A stretch of 64,000 nt of DNA, taken from Nannocystales bacterium. GTDB taxonomy: Bacteria > Myxococcota_A > Polyangia > Nannocystales > Nannocystaceae. Position 1 is the stretch's first letter. Each line of letters opens with the position of its first letter. The translations under genes were made by a program, and so were the position numbers. Below, in pieces: positions 23,666-32,974 of the stretch. The stretch is from contig JBOEGF010000004.1 in assembly GCA_050633305.1 (NCBI GenBank), forward strand, positions 1-64,000, written 5' to 3'. Under the pieces are notes generated by a model. It did not search any database and was not told the DNA's origin. It saw only the letters and a program-made list of their open reading frames with translations.

Positions 23666-24985
23666 ATGAGCGAAGAGACGAGCACCGAGACGCCGCGGCC
23701 GCCTGAACGTCGCCGTGCCGACACGTTGTGGCACACGCTTCGACGCTTCGGTCGCTTGTGGGGGTTCTTGCTGTTCCTCGTCTCGGTCGTCCTGCTGTTT
23801 CGGGGCATCGCGTTGCCGTTCATCTTCGGCGTGCTCATGGCGTACCTGCTCGCGCCGATCGTCGCCCGGATGCAGCCCCGGATCGGCCGGGTGCTCGCGG
23901 TCATCGCCTGTTACCTCGCGATCCTCGGTGTCCTCGGGGCGTTCTTCGGCTTCCTCCTGCCGGCTGTCGCCAAGGACTTCGCCAAACTTCGGGACTCCGC
24001 CCCCGCAGCGTTGGAGACGCTGGAGAAGGAGTACCTGCCTCGCGCCGAGAACTGGATTCAGAGTCAGTTCGGAGACTTCCTCTCCGACGAAGACGCTGAA
24101 CCCGTGGTCCCCGACCCGGAGCTCCCCAACGAGTTGGTGGTGCGTCCATTGGGCGATGGTTCGTTTGCGGTCGACCTCGATCGCGTGAAGATGGCCGCCA
24201 CGCAGCGTGAGGACGGGACGTGGGTGCTCGGCTCCGTCGAGGAACCCCAGGAACCTCAAGGGGAGCTTGGGGGGGTCCTCAAGGGCTTGTGGGCCTCGCA
24301 AAGCGCCAAGCTCGGCACGGTGATCGGTCCGGCACTGTCCGCTCTCATCGCCGGCGTGACGGACTTCCTCACCAACTTCGTGATCACGTTCATGATCGCG
24401 GCGTTCATCCTCGTCGACCTCCGGCGGGTCAACGCCTCGGTGCGAGGACTGGTCCCCGACGAGTACCAATCCGACTTCGAAGTCTTGTGGGCGAGCATGG
24501 ACCGAGGCTTGGGCGGCGTGGTGCGAGGCCAGCTTCTGATCTGTCTGGTCAACGGCACCCTCACCTTCGTGGGGCTGGTCCTTTTCGGGGTGAAGTACAG
24601 CTTCCTGCTTGGATTGATGGCGGGCGCGCTGAGCCTGGTCCCGATCTTCGGCACCCTCATCTCCTCGGTCCCCATCATTCTTATCGCGGCCGCCAGCCCC
24701 GATGACGGGCTCTCGCTGGGCCCTGCGTTGGGCATGCTGGCGTGGATCGCCGGCGTGCACCTGCTCGAGGCGAACGTCCTCAACCCCAAGATCATCGGCG
24801 ATTCCGCCCACATTCACCCCGTCATCGTGATCTTCGCGCTGCTGGCCGGAGAGAGCATGTTCGGCCTGGTGGGGGCACTCCTCGCCATTCCGGCTACGAG
24901 CCTGATCCAGGCCATCTATGTCTTCATGCGGCGGCGCAGCTCGGTCTTCGCCAAGTCCCGCATGACGCCCTCCTCCGGCGGCTAG
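23666..24985 (+). CDS. AI-2E (PerM) family transporter
   Basis: PF...AYLLAP, GVVRGQL, LVPIFG, EANVLNPKIIG and IHPVIVIFALLAGESMFGLVGALLAIP motifs. Confidence 0.92.
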   Translation: MSEETSTETPRPPERRRADTLWHTLRRFGRLWGFLLFLVSVVLLFRGIALPFIFGVLMAYLLAPIVARMQPRIGRVLAVIACYLAILGVLGAFFGFLLPAVAKDFAKLRDSAPAALETLEKEYLPRAENWIQSQFGDFLSDEDAEPVVPDPELPNELVVRPLGDGSFAVDLDRVKMAATQREDGTWVLGSVEEPQEPQGELGGVLKGLWASQSAKLGTVIGPALSALIAGVTDFLTNFVITFMIAAFILVDLRRVNASVRGLVPDEYQSDFEVLWASMDRGLGGVVRGQLLICLVNGTLTFVGLVLFGVKYSFLLGLMAGALSLVPIFGTLISSVPIILIAAASPDDGLSLGPALGMLAWIAGVHLLEANVLNPKIIGDSAHIHPVIVIFALLAGESMFGLVGALLAIPATSLIQAIYVFMRRRSSVFAKSRMTPSSGG

Positions 24986-25022
24986 CAGCTTTCGCCTCGT
25001 CGCCTCGATTCACAAGCCCGCC

Positions 25023-27845
25023 ATGGCAACCAAGACTCCGACCCGCCCGCCGGGAGGCAAGAACACGTTGTTCTTGTTCGACGGCTACAACTTCATCTTC
25101 CGGGCGTATCACGCCATCCCGATGCTCAACGCGCCGGACGGTCGACCGACAAACGCCGTCCAGGGATTCGCACGCATGGTTCAAGCGGCGCGCCGCGACT
25201 TCGGACCGCAGGCGCTGCTCGCCGTGTTTGACGCGGGTGGGGACGGCGGCCGCAAAGAGGCGTTCGAGGGCTACAAAGCCCAGCGTCCACCGCCGCCCGA
25301 CGACCTGATCCCGCAGTTTTCCATGGTGCGCGAGGCGGTCGAGGCCCTGAACCTTCCTCAGGCCGAAGACCCAGGGTTTGAAGCCGACGACTTGATCGCG
25401 AGCTACGTGGTCGCGGCTCGCAAGGCGGGCATGCGAACGGTCATCGTCTCGTCGGACAAGGACCTCATGCAGCTCGTCACCCACGGGGACGATGACGGAG
25501 GCCCACCGGTCTACCTCTACGACACGATGAAGGACGTCGTGATCGGACCTGAGGAAGTGGTCGCGAAGTTTGGCGTGGGTCCCGAGCTCCTCGGCGATCT
25601 CCTGGCGCTGACCGGGGACTCTTCGGACAACGTCCCCGGCGTGCCGGGCATCGGTCCCAAGACCGCCTCGGCCCTGCTGATCGAGTACGGCACACTCGAG
25701 GGGGTGCTCGAGGCGGCACCGAACATCAAGCAGAAGAAGCGCCGCGAGCGGCTGATCGAGCACGCGGAGGATGCCCGGCTCAGTCGCCAACTCGTCGAAC
25801 TCCGTCGCGATGTCGTGTTGCCCAGCCCGTTGGAAACGCTCGACGACCCGGGCTTCGATGAGGACAAGCTGCTCGCGTTCTTCGAGCCCCTCGGGTTCAA
25901 ACAACTCATCCGCGAGATGGGCCGTGTGCCCAGTCGCGGCGCCGCAGACCTCGAGGAGGATGCGAGCGCGCTCGAACTCGTTCCGTCGAAGACGGAGCCT
26001 CCCGAGGTCTCCTCGTTTGAAACCTGGACGGGCGCAGACGCGGACAAGCTCGAAGGGCTGGGGAGTGCGCTGGCGGCCGCGCCGAACGTCGCCGTATTCC
26101 TGATCAACGCGACACCGGCTGGGGCAGGGCAGACAGAGGCCGCTTTGGGGGCCCGGCCTTGTGGGGTCGCGGTGGCGGCCGAGGGCGTCTCACCGACCTA
26201 CCTGGCGTTTGGGCATGCCCAAGCGGACCTCGTGGAGGGGCCGCAACTCGCTGAGGACGTGGTGTGGTCCGTATTGCGTCCGATCCTGGAGGACGAACAG
26301 AAGCCGCTGTCGGTCTTTGATCACAAGGCGGCCGCCCACGCGTTCGCCAATGTCGACATCGCGCTGCGCGGCGTCTCGTTCGACCCGATGCTGGTGTCGT
26401 ACACGCTCGACCCCGCTCGGAGCTCCCATGAACTCGAGGCGCTGAGCGCCGACGTCCTCGCGCACAAGCTCGCCAAGACGGAGTCGGTGACCGGCAAGGG
26501 ACGAAAGGCGAAGACGTTTGATGCGCTGGGCCCCGGGGAGGTCGGAACGTGGGCGTGCGAGCGGGTTTGGGCGGTTCACACGCTGCAGGGGGCTCTCACC
26601 CCGCAGGTCGATGCGGCTGAAGAGGAAACGCGGAGCTTGCTCAGCGATGTCGAGATGCCGCTGTGTGACGTCCTCACCCGGATCGAAGGTCGAGGGATTC
26701 GCATCGATGTTGACGTGCTGCGAGCCCAGGGCGAAGAACTCGATGCCGAGCTGAAGCACATCCAGACGAGTCTGGCGGAGGAGTCGGAGGAGGCGGTCAA
26801 CCTCGACTCCCCGCTTCAGCTTCAAAAGCTCTTGTTTGAGGACTGGGGGCTCCCGCCCAGTCGGAAGATCAAGACCGGGTTCTCCACCGACGCCAACGCG
26901 TTGGAGCAGCTTGCGGTCTTGGATCCCCGGGTCAAGTACATCCAGCAGTACCGTCAGCTCAGCAAGCTGAAGAACACCTACGTGGATGCGTTGCCTCGAC
27001 TGGTGCGAGAGGACTCGGGGCGGCTTCACACGACCTTCGCGCAGGCCGTGGCCGCGACCGGGCGTCTGTCGAGCGTCGATCCCAACCTGCAAAACATCCC
27101 GATCCGGACCGCGCAGGGGCGGCGGATTCGAGATGCGTTCGTGGCCCCCGAGGGACAGGTTCTGGTCGCAATCGACTACTCACAGGTCGAGCTTCGGGTC
27201 CTGGCGCACCTGTCGAAGGATCCGAACCTGATGTCCGCGTTTGTCGACCAGGTCGACGTGCACCGACGCACCGCGGCGGAGGTGTTTGGCGTGGCCGAGG
27301 AGGACGTTGACGACGAGCAGCGACGCATCGCAAAGGCGGTCAACTTTGGGGTTGTCTATGGGCAGACCGCGCACGGTTTGGCGCAGCAGCTCGGCATCCC
27401 GCGCGGCAAGGCTGGGATCTACATCCGTGGGTACATGGAGAAGATCCCTGGCGTGGATCGATACATGCGCGAGCTGATCGCGCTGGCGAAGCGACGCGGA
27501 TACTCCAGCACGATCCTCGGTCGACGGCGGCGGATCCCGGAGTTGGCGCGCAAGGGACCTGCACGGGCGCACGGGGAACGCATGGCCCGCAACACGCCGA
27601 TCCAGGGCAGTGCCGCCGACATCATGAAGCTCGCGATGATCGCGGTCGACCGTGCGCTCGCGCCCGTGGACTGGGCCCGGGTGCTTCTGACCGTTCACGA
27701 TGAACTGATCTTCGAGTGCGACGCGGCTCGGGTCGAGGAGCTTGTCGGTCTGTGTAGACCACTCATGGAGGGAGCCGTCGAACTCGATGTGCCGCTGCGT
27801 GTGGACGCAGGCTCGGGCACGACGTGGGGAGCCTGCAAAGGGTGA
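25023..27845 (+). CDS. polA: DNA polymerase I
   Basis: 5'-3' exonuclease (DGYNFIFRAYHA, EADD, GDSSDNVPGVPGIGPKTA) and polymerase motifs DYSQVELR, AKAVNFGVVYG, VHDEL. Confidence 0.98.
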   Translation: MATKTPTRPPGGKNTLFLFDGYNFIFRAYHAIPMLNAPDGRPTNAVQGFARMVQAARRDFGPQALLAVFDAGGDGGRKEAFEGYKAQRPPPPDDLIPQFSMVREAVEALNLPQAEDPGFEADDLIASYVVAARKAGMRTVIVSSDKDLMQLVTHGDDDGGPPVYLYDTMKDVVIGPEEVVAKFGVGPELLGDLLALTGDSSDNVPGVPGIGPKTASALLIEYGTLEGVLEAAPNIKQKKRRERLIEHAEDARLSRQLVELRRDVVLPSPLETLDDPGFDEDKLLAFFEPLGFKQLIREMGRVPSRGAADLEEDASALELVPSKTEPPEVSSFETWTGADADKLEGLGSALAAAPNVAVFLINATPAGAGQTEAALGARPCGVAVAAEGVSPTYLAFGHAQADLVEGPQLAEDVVWSVLRPILEDEQKPLSVFDHKAAAHAFANVDIALRGVSFDPMLVSYTLDPARSSHELEALSADVLAHKLAKTESVTGKGRKAKTFDALGPGEVGTWACERVWAVHTLQGALTPQVDAAEEETRSLLSDVEMPLCDVLTRIEGRGIRIDVDVLRAQGEELDAELKHIQTSLAEESEEAVNLDSPLQLQKLLFEDWGLPPSRKIKTGFSTDANALEQLAVLDPRVKYIQQYRQLSKLKNTYVDALPRLVREDSGRLHTTFAQAVAATGRLSSVDPNLQNIPIRTAQGRRIRDAFVAPEGQVLVAIDYSQVELRVLAHLSKDPNLMSAFVDQVDVHRRTAAEVFGVAEEDVDDEQRRIAKAVNFGVVYGQTAHGLAQQLGIPRGKAGIYIRGYMEKIPGVDRYMRELIALAKRRGYSSTILGRRRRIPELARKGPARAHGERMARNTPIQGSAADIMKLAMIAVDRALAPVDWARVLLTVHDELIFECDAARVEELVGLCRPLMEGAVELDVPLRVDAGSGTTWGACKG

Positions 27846-27906
27846 GCGTGCCTCCCGCGGGCCTTTTGTGGAACGGCGGCCCCGCAGCCTGCGGTATTCT
27901 CTGAGC

Positions 27907-29556
27907 ATGGCTTTGCTGGATTGGGGCCGCCTTGCCGCCCTATGCGCCGCGGTTTCTTCGGGGTCCGCGTGCACGACGTTTACCGCGGCGTCCGACAGCG
28001 ACAGTACGACGTCTGCGACGTCGTCCGAGTCCGACAGCACCACGGGGTCCGACGGGTCGTCGACGGCGGTATCGGCGTCATCGTCGACCGATCCCACCAT
28101 CACCCCGACCAGCACGTCCACGACGTCTCCTTCGGCGACGGATACGGAGGCGACGGACACCGAAAACACGGACGGCGGTCCGGTCTGCGGGGATGGCCTC
28201 CAAGAAGCCGGGGAGGAATGTGACGAGGGCGAGCTCAACGGCGTCCCTGGGGAGCGCTGCACGGCACTGTGTCTCAACGACGAGTGCGGCGACATGCATG
28301 TTGGCCCCGATGAGGCATGTGACGACGGGAACGACGTCGACGACGATGATTGTCCCAACGATTGCCAAAGCCCGAACTGTGGCGACGACTTCGTCGACGT
28401 GGGCGAGGACTGCGACGGCAAGCTTCTTGCGGGTCAAACCTGTGAGACCCAGGGATTCGGCGGCGGGGTGCTGACCTGCTCGGACTCGTGCGAGTTCGAT
28501 ACGAGCGCGTGTAACCCTTGCGGCAACGCGGTCATCGACCCAGGGGAGGACTGTGACGGCGCCGAACTCGACAAGGCGACCTGCATGTCCGAGGGGGCAG
28601 GGGGCGGCAAGCTGTCGTGCACGGCGGACTGCCAGTTCGACTACGGAGGGTGCGACAACTGCGGCAACGGCATGATCGATGGTGGCGAGCCCTGCGACCT
28701 GGACCAACTCAACGGCAACACCTGTATCTCTGAGGGCTTCGACGCCGGAGAGCTGACGTGCACGAACATGTGTTCGCTGGATCCGTCCGGGTGCAGCTAC
28801 ATCTGCGGCGACGACGACATCGATCCGGACGAGACGTGTGACGGTAGCGCTCTGGCAACCCAGGAGTGCACGGACTTTGGGTTCGACGGCGGGGCGCTTG
28901 GATGCCTCGGCGACTGCAGCGACTTCGACACGAGCGCGTGCACGTACACGTGTGGGGACAACGACCTCGACCCTGATGAGACCTGCGATGGCACGGCCCT
29001 CGATGGCCAAGACTGCACGGACTTTGGGTTCGACGAAGGGACGCTTGGGTGCCTGGGCGACTGCACCGACTTCGATACGACCTCGTGCGCCTACACCTGC
29101 GGCGACGATGGAGCGGATCCTGACGAGACTTGTGACGGCCTCGACTTGAACGGGCAGGGCTGTGTCGACCTCGGCTTTGACGGGGGGACGTTGGCGTGCG
29201 CGATCGACTGCGGAAGCTATGACACGACGATGTGCACGTCCACATGTGGCAACGGTGCGCTCGCTCCCGATGAGGAGTGCGACGGGGGCAACTTCGGTGG
29301 TGAGAGTTGCGAGAGCATCGTGGGGCCCGAGTTCTCCCTAGGCGGACTGTCTTGTGACATGCCTGGATGCACGATCGATTCCTCTGCGTGCTGCGTGGAC
29401 GACGGTGACGGTTGTAGCGACGCAGCCGACTGTTGTGTCGGGACATGCGACATCGGGGACACCGACACATGTGTCTGTATCGAGGACGGAGAAGCCTGTG
29501 GCGGGAATGCCGACTGCTGCTCCAACGACTGCCAGGGCAACATCTGCCAAAACTGA
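27907..29556 (+). CDS. Cys-rich repeat surface lipoprotein (myxobacterial disulfide repeats)
   Basis: Signal ending SA-C, Ser/Thr linker, CGDG..EECD and CDDGN motifs, then about 7 repeats of 47-49 aa. Confidence 0.85.
   Translation: MALLDWGRLAALCAAVSSGSACTTFTAASDSDSTTSATSSESDSTTGSDGSSTAVSASSSTDPTITPTSTSTTSPSATDTEATDTENTDGGPVCGDGLQEAGEECDEGELNGVPGERCTALCLNDECGDMHVGPDEACDDGNDVDDDDCPNDCQSPNCGDDFVDVGEDCDGKLLAGQTCETQGFGGGVLTCSDSCEFDTSACNPCGNAVIDPGEDCDGAELDKATCMSEGAGGGKLSCTADCQFDYGGCDNCGNGMIDGGEPCDLDQLNGNTCISEGFDAGELTCTNMCSLDPSGCSYICGDDDIDPDETCDGSALATQECTDFGFDGGALGCLGDCSDFDTSACTYTCGDNDLDPDETCDGTALDGQDCTDFGFDEGTLGCLGDCTDFDTTSCAYTCGDDGADPDETCDGLDLNGQGCVDLGFDGGTLACAIDCGSYDTTMCTSTCGNGALAPDEECDGGNFGGESCESIVGPEFSLGGLSCDMPGCTIDSSACCVDDGDGCSDAADCCVGTCDIGDTDTCVCIEDGEACGGNADCCSNDCQGNICQN
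28378..29390 (+). repeat. intragenic tandem repeats, 141-147 bp period, about 7 units
   Basis: CG(D/N) codons start at 28378, 28519, 28660, 28804, 28951, 29098 and 29245. Unit consensus is CGDxxxDPxExCDGxxLxGxxCxxxGFxGGxLxCxxxCxxxDTSxC. Confidence 0.85.
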
Positions 29557-29613
29557 AGCCCGGATTGAAGCCCGGGTTGAAGACAGGATTGAAGACAGGA
29601 TTGATGCCCGTGC
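29554..29613 (+). repeat. 12-bp tandem repeat (4 full units and 1 degenerate unit) filling the intergenic gap
   Basis: TGAAGCCCGGAT TGAAGCCCGGGT TGAAGACAGGAT TGAAGACAGGAT TGATGCCCGTGC. Confidence 0.9.
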
Positions 29614-30905
29614 AGGTTGGCCACCAGGTGCCGGGGAGCGCGCAGGAGGCGAAGCGACGACTCCGTGCTGCGTCTGTGCCTGGTGAGATTGTCGACGTCG
29701 CACGGACCCTGCAGGAGTCCGGGCACGCCGCTGTGCTTGTCGGCGGATCGATTCGCGACGTCTTGCTCGGCCTTCCGGCGAACGACTGGGACTTGGCGAC
29801 CTCGGCGCGGCCCGACGAGGTTCAGAAGGTCTTCGCGCGAACGGTTCCCACCGGAATCGAACACGGCACGGTCAGCGTCCTCGTGCGCGAGGCGGGTGCC
29901 GAGGCGTCGACGCCGGTCGAGGTGACGACGTTTCGGGGAGAGGGCACGTACGAAGACGGGCGCCGGCCCACCGAGGTCACGTTTCTACGGGACCTCGAAG
30001 ACGATCTGGCGCGCCGCGACTTCACGGTCAATGCCCTCGCATGGGATCCGGTGCTGGAGGTGTTCTCCGACCCGTTTGCTGGGCTCGAGGACTTGCGGGC
30101 GGGGATCGTTCGCGCGGTCGGGGACGCGGAGCATCGTTTTCTCGAAGACGGGCTGCGTACGATGAGGGCGGTTCGCTTCTGCGCCACGCGCTCGCTGGAG
30201 CTCGAGCCTGCCACCCAAGCCGCCATCGCCGGGGCCCTGCATGTCCTCGACAAGGTCAGCGCGGAGCGGGTCCTGGTCGAACTCACGAAGCTGCTCCAGG
30301 CACCGCTGCCATCACGCGGTTTGCTGCCGATGGTCGCGACCGGGATGTGGCCGCACGTGCTGCCCGAGGTCCCCGGCGACGCGCGAGCGGCCGCCATCTC
30401 CGCCGTGGATACGATGGAGCCGGTGCTCATCACCCGACTGGCGAGGCTGTTGCGGCCGCGTGCCGAACTCTCGACGGCAGACTTCGACGTCGTCGCCGCG
30501 GGGGTGGATAGGCTCAAGCCGAGCCGTGCGGTGCGATCCGATGTACTCGCGCTGTGCGGGCCAGAGCTGACCTCGCTCGACGCGGCTGCGCGCGCCGAGG
30601 GGAGCGCGGCCGAGATTCGCCGGGCGGCGGCGGCAGTCGGCCGACCCCGGCTCGAAGCGGCGTTCGCTGTGCTCGGCTGGGAGTCAGTGCGACGCAGGTC
30701 TGTCTCCGACATGGTCCTTGGGGCGCCGTTGTCGGTTGCCGAGCTGGCGATCAAGGGCGGTACCCTGATCGGGCGTGGGGTCCTCGAGCCTGGGCCTGCT
30801 GTCGGAGAGACGATGAGGCGCTTGCTCGACTGGGTTCTCGAGGATCCTGCACGGAACGAGCCCGACCAACTCGTCGAGCACGCCCAAGCGTTGGCGCCCC
30901 CGTAG
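29604..30905 (+). CDS. cca: class II tRNA nucleotidyltransferase (CCA-adding type)
   Basis: VGGSIRD..DWDLAT, EVTTFRxExxYxDGRRP (flexible loop intact), RRDFTVNA, EDGLR and C-terminal GPAVG. Confidence 0.85.
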   Translation: MPVQVGHQVPGSAQEAKRRLRAASVPGEIVDVARTLQESGHAAVLVGGSIRDVLLGLPANDWDLATSARPDEVQKVFARTVPTGIEHGTVSVLVREAGAEASTPVEVTTFRGEGTYEDGRRPTEVTFLRDLEDDLARRDFTVNALAWDPVLEVFSDPFAGLEDLRAGIVRAVGDAEHRFLEDGLRTMRAVRFCATRSLELEPATQAAIAGALHVLDKVSAERVLVELTKLLQAPLPSRGLLPMVATGMWPHVLPEVPGDARAAAISAVDTMEPVLITRLARLLRPRAELSTADFDVVAAGVDRLKPSRAVRSDVLALCGPELTSLDAAARAEGSAAEIRRAAAAVGRPRLEAAFAVLGWESVRRRSVSDMVLGAPLSVAELAIKGGTLIGRGVLEPGPAVGETMRRLLDWVLEDPARNEPDQLVEHAQALAPP

Positions 30906-30925
30906 ACGCGGGTCGGGGGTTGTCC

Positions 30926-31684
30926 TTAGGCTCGGCCCCAAAACGCTCGGGAGCGGATCGCCACCCCTCGCACACCCTTCGCGAGCAGGGCGAGGCGGAG
31001 GCTGCGGACTGCCGCCCCGTGTCCGTTCACGAAGAACACGGTCTGCGGTGTACTGAGCTCGTGCGCACCGATCCATTGATGCAGGAGGGCGCCGGGGCGC
31101 TTGTCGTCGCGAGGGAACAGCCCGACGCCTGCAAGCACGGGGACCTCGCAGCTCCCAAGGTCTACCGCGGCGGCGTGTTCCACGGCGCCGATGATGCGCA
31201 CAGCGCCTCGGCGGGCTCGGTGCACGGCCTCGTAGAGACCAACGGTGGTCTCATCCCCCAGGAGCACGAGGGTCTGCGCGCCGGCGGTGCGGACGTCGAG
31301 GTCCGGTTTGGGGCCGAACAGCGTGACGACGGCGCCGAGAGCCAGTGAGCGGACCCATCGTCCTCCGGGGCCCCCAGGGTGGGCGACCGCGAGGATCTCG
31401 AACATCCCGCGGCATGGGTGCACGGAGCAGACGGTGTACTGGCGCCGAACCCCCGCGTCCACGCTGATCATCAGCCGATCTCCAAGGTCCCAATCTCGAT
31501 CGAGCGTCGGGCTCTGGAAGGTCAGGCGGCGGAGGCCTCTGCACTCCCACCGAGACTCGACGAGTGTCGCGTGGTGGGTGGTGGCGTTCTGAGCCGCGCG
31601 GGCTCGATGCCGGGTTCCTCGGGCGCGCAGATAGGACGGGCGAGAGTTCGACAACTTCGACATGTGCCTGTCTCTTTGGGTCAT
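30926..31684 (-). CDS. siderophore-interacting protein (FAD-binding ferric reductase family)
   Basis: RQYTV, HPGGPGGRW, LLGDETT and C-terminal AFWG motifs. Start is 31684 or 31663. Confidence 0.8.
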   Translation of the reverse strand: MTQRDRHMSKLSNSRPSYLRARGTRHRARAAQNATTHHATLVESRWECRGLRRLTFQSPTLDRDWDLGDRLMISVDAGVRRQYTVCSVHPCRGMFEILAVAHPGGPGGRWVRSLALGAVVTLFGPKPDLDVRTAGAQTLVLLGDETTVGLYEAVHRARRGAVRIIGAVEHAAAVDLGSCEVPVLAGVGLFPRDDKRPGALLHQWIGAHELSTPQTVFFVNGHGAAVRSLRLALLAKGVRGVAIRSRAFWGRA

Positions 31685-31686
31685 GT

Positions 31687-32574
31687 TCAGGAGTTCAGAG
31701 CTGGGAGGACTTCGGCAAGGATGACGACTGCCACCGCCAGCCCGACGACCAAGGCCAGCCCCCCGATGCGACGCAGGCGGCGCATTTGCCACCACATGAA
31801 CACTCCGGTGACGCACCAAAGGGCCAGGCACAGCGCCGACAGGTCCACGAACAACGCGTGCAGCCAGGAGAGCCCGAACGTGTCCGGGTAGACGTGGGTC
31901 ATGTGGAGGCGGGCGAGGAGGCGGGGCAGATTTGCCTCCCGATCCGCAAGCGCCGCGAAGGTCACGTCTCCCGAATGGGCGTCGTACTCGACCTCCCAGC
32001 GTTCCCCGTCGATCTCCGCGTGAAACCGAAGAAGGGGGGTCGCCGTCAACGCGACGTCAGTCGGGGCGGCCTCCATCTCGGTCGCCACCATGTCGGCGAA
32101 CCGCTGCCAGGCCGCGGCATCGTGCTCGGGTACCTCGATCTTATCGACGCCTTGGAGGGACGCAGGGAAGCGGGGGATAGGGGTCGGCCGAGCGCCCCAT
32201 GTGCCTCTGCGGGACGGGAACCGAATCGAGAGCTGCTTCGGCGCTGTAGTGCCGTCGGAGGGGCCTGCTTTCCCTCGCAACGACCGACGCATCGAGGGGG
32301 GGGGACGGGACATCACGTGGACCGGCGCGCCCAGTGCGGCTACGACGGCCGCCGTCGCGGCGTCTTCATCGAGCACGACCCCAGCGGCCTGAGCCGGCGC
32401 CACCAAGTCCGAGAGCGCAAAGCGGTCGGGGCCGCCCGGCTTGGCCGCCCAGCTGGGATGGTTGAACAACATCCCGGAGGCCGCGTAGAGCAGCACCCAC
32501 GGCACGAGAACGAGCCCGGTGTAGAGATGGGCCCTGCGGATCCACAACTTGACGTTGGCGGCGTTCCTCGTCAC
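31687..32574 (-). CDS. PepSY-associated TM helix protein
   Basis: RRAHLYTGL...SGMLFNHP, LARLH, and C-terminal TMs with TGVFMWW. Confidence 0.85.
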   Translation of the reverse strand: MTRNAANVKLWIRRAHLYTGLVLVPWVLLYAASGMLFNHPSWAAKPGGPDRFALSDLVAPAQAAGVVLDEDAATAAVVAALGAPVHVMSRPPPSMRRSLRGKAGPSDGTTAPKQLSIRFPSRRGTWGARPTPIPRFPASLQGVDKIEVPEHDAAAWQRFADMVATEMEAAPTDVALTATPLLRFHAEIDGERWEVEYDAHSGDVTFAALADREANLPRLLARLHMTHVYPDTFGLSWLHALFVDLSALCLALWCVTGVFMWWQMRRLRRIGGLALVVGLAVAVVILAEVLPALNS

Positions 32575-32588
32575 GACGGATCAATTGA

Positions 32589-32605
32589 ATGAATATGAAA
32601 GTCAA
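32589..32605 (-). promoter_or_regulatory. Fur-family-like operator upstream of the PepSY-TM gene
   Basis: TTGACTTTCATATTCAT on the minus strand in an AT-rich island. It is 13/17 identical to the box at 32680. Confidence 0.6.
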
Positions 32606-32679
32606 TTCAAGTTAAAGGTCTCGTCCACTGCCGAAGTTGTCTAGGAGGGGAAGCTAGTCCCATATTCTACCATTTGATG

Positions 32680-32707
32680 TTGACTTTAGTTTTCAAGATC
32701 GAATAAT
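32680..32707 (+). promoter_or_regulatory. Fur-family-like operator overlapping a sigma70-type promoter
   Basis: TTGACTTTAGTTTTCAA (TTGA-N9-TCAA dyad). TTGACT-N16-AATAAT ends 6 bp before ATG 32714. Confidence 0.6.
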
Positions 32708-32713
32708 GCGACC

Positions 32714-32974
32714 ATGCAGAGTCAAGCGCCTCACCGCGCCAGCGACAAGACCGTTGTGGCCGAAAGCCCGATTCTCACCATCGAAGCGTGCGGGTGCGGG
32801 GTGATGCACCTTCACTTCGGCCCGGTTTCGATGCGTTTCACGCAGGGGGGCCTCGAGGACATTCATCGCTCGATCACCGAGGCCCTGATCCGGGTTCAGG
32901 CGCCCGCGCCTTCAACGTCGGACACCGTGACGCCGCTGTTCATGGCCGGGGGTCCTGCGCGTGGCCAAGCTTGA
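32714..32974 (+). CDS. small hypothetical protein with CxCGxxHxH motif
   Basis: 86 aa, IEACGCGVMHLHFGP. First gene of the operon and overlaps the next gene. Confidence 0.7.
   Translation: MQSQAPHRASDKTVVAESPILTIEACGCGVMHLHFGPVSMRFTQGGLEDIHRSITEALIRVQAPAPSTSDTVTPLFMAGGPARGQA

Noticed and set aside
29604..30905. Poly(A) polymerase or split CC-/A-adding enzyme
   Set aside because: The flexible loop (ExxYxDGRRP) and EDxxR are present and the PAP-specific signature is not evident, so a full CCA-adding enzyme is more likely.
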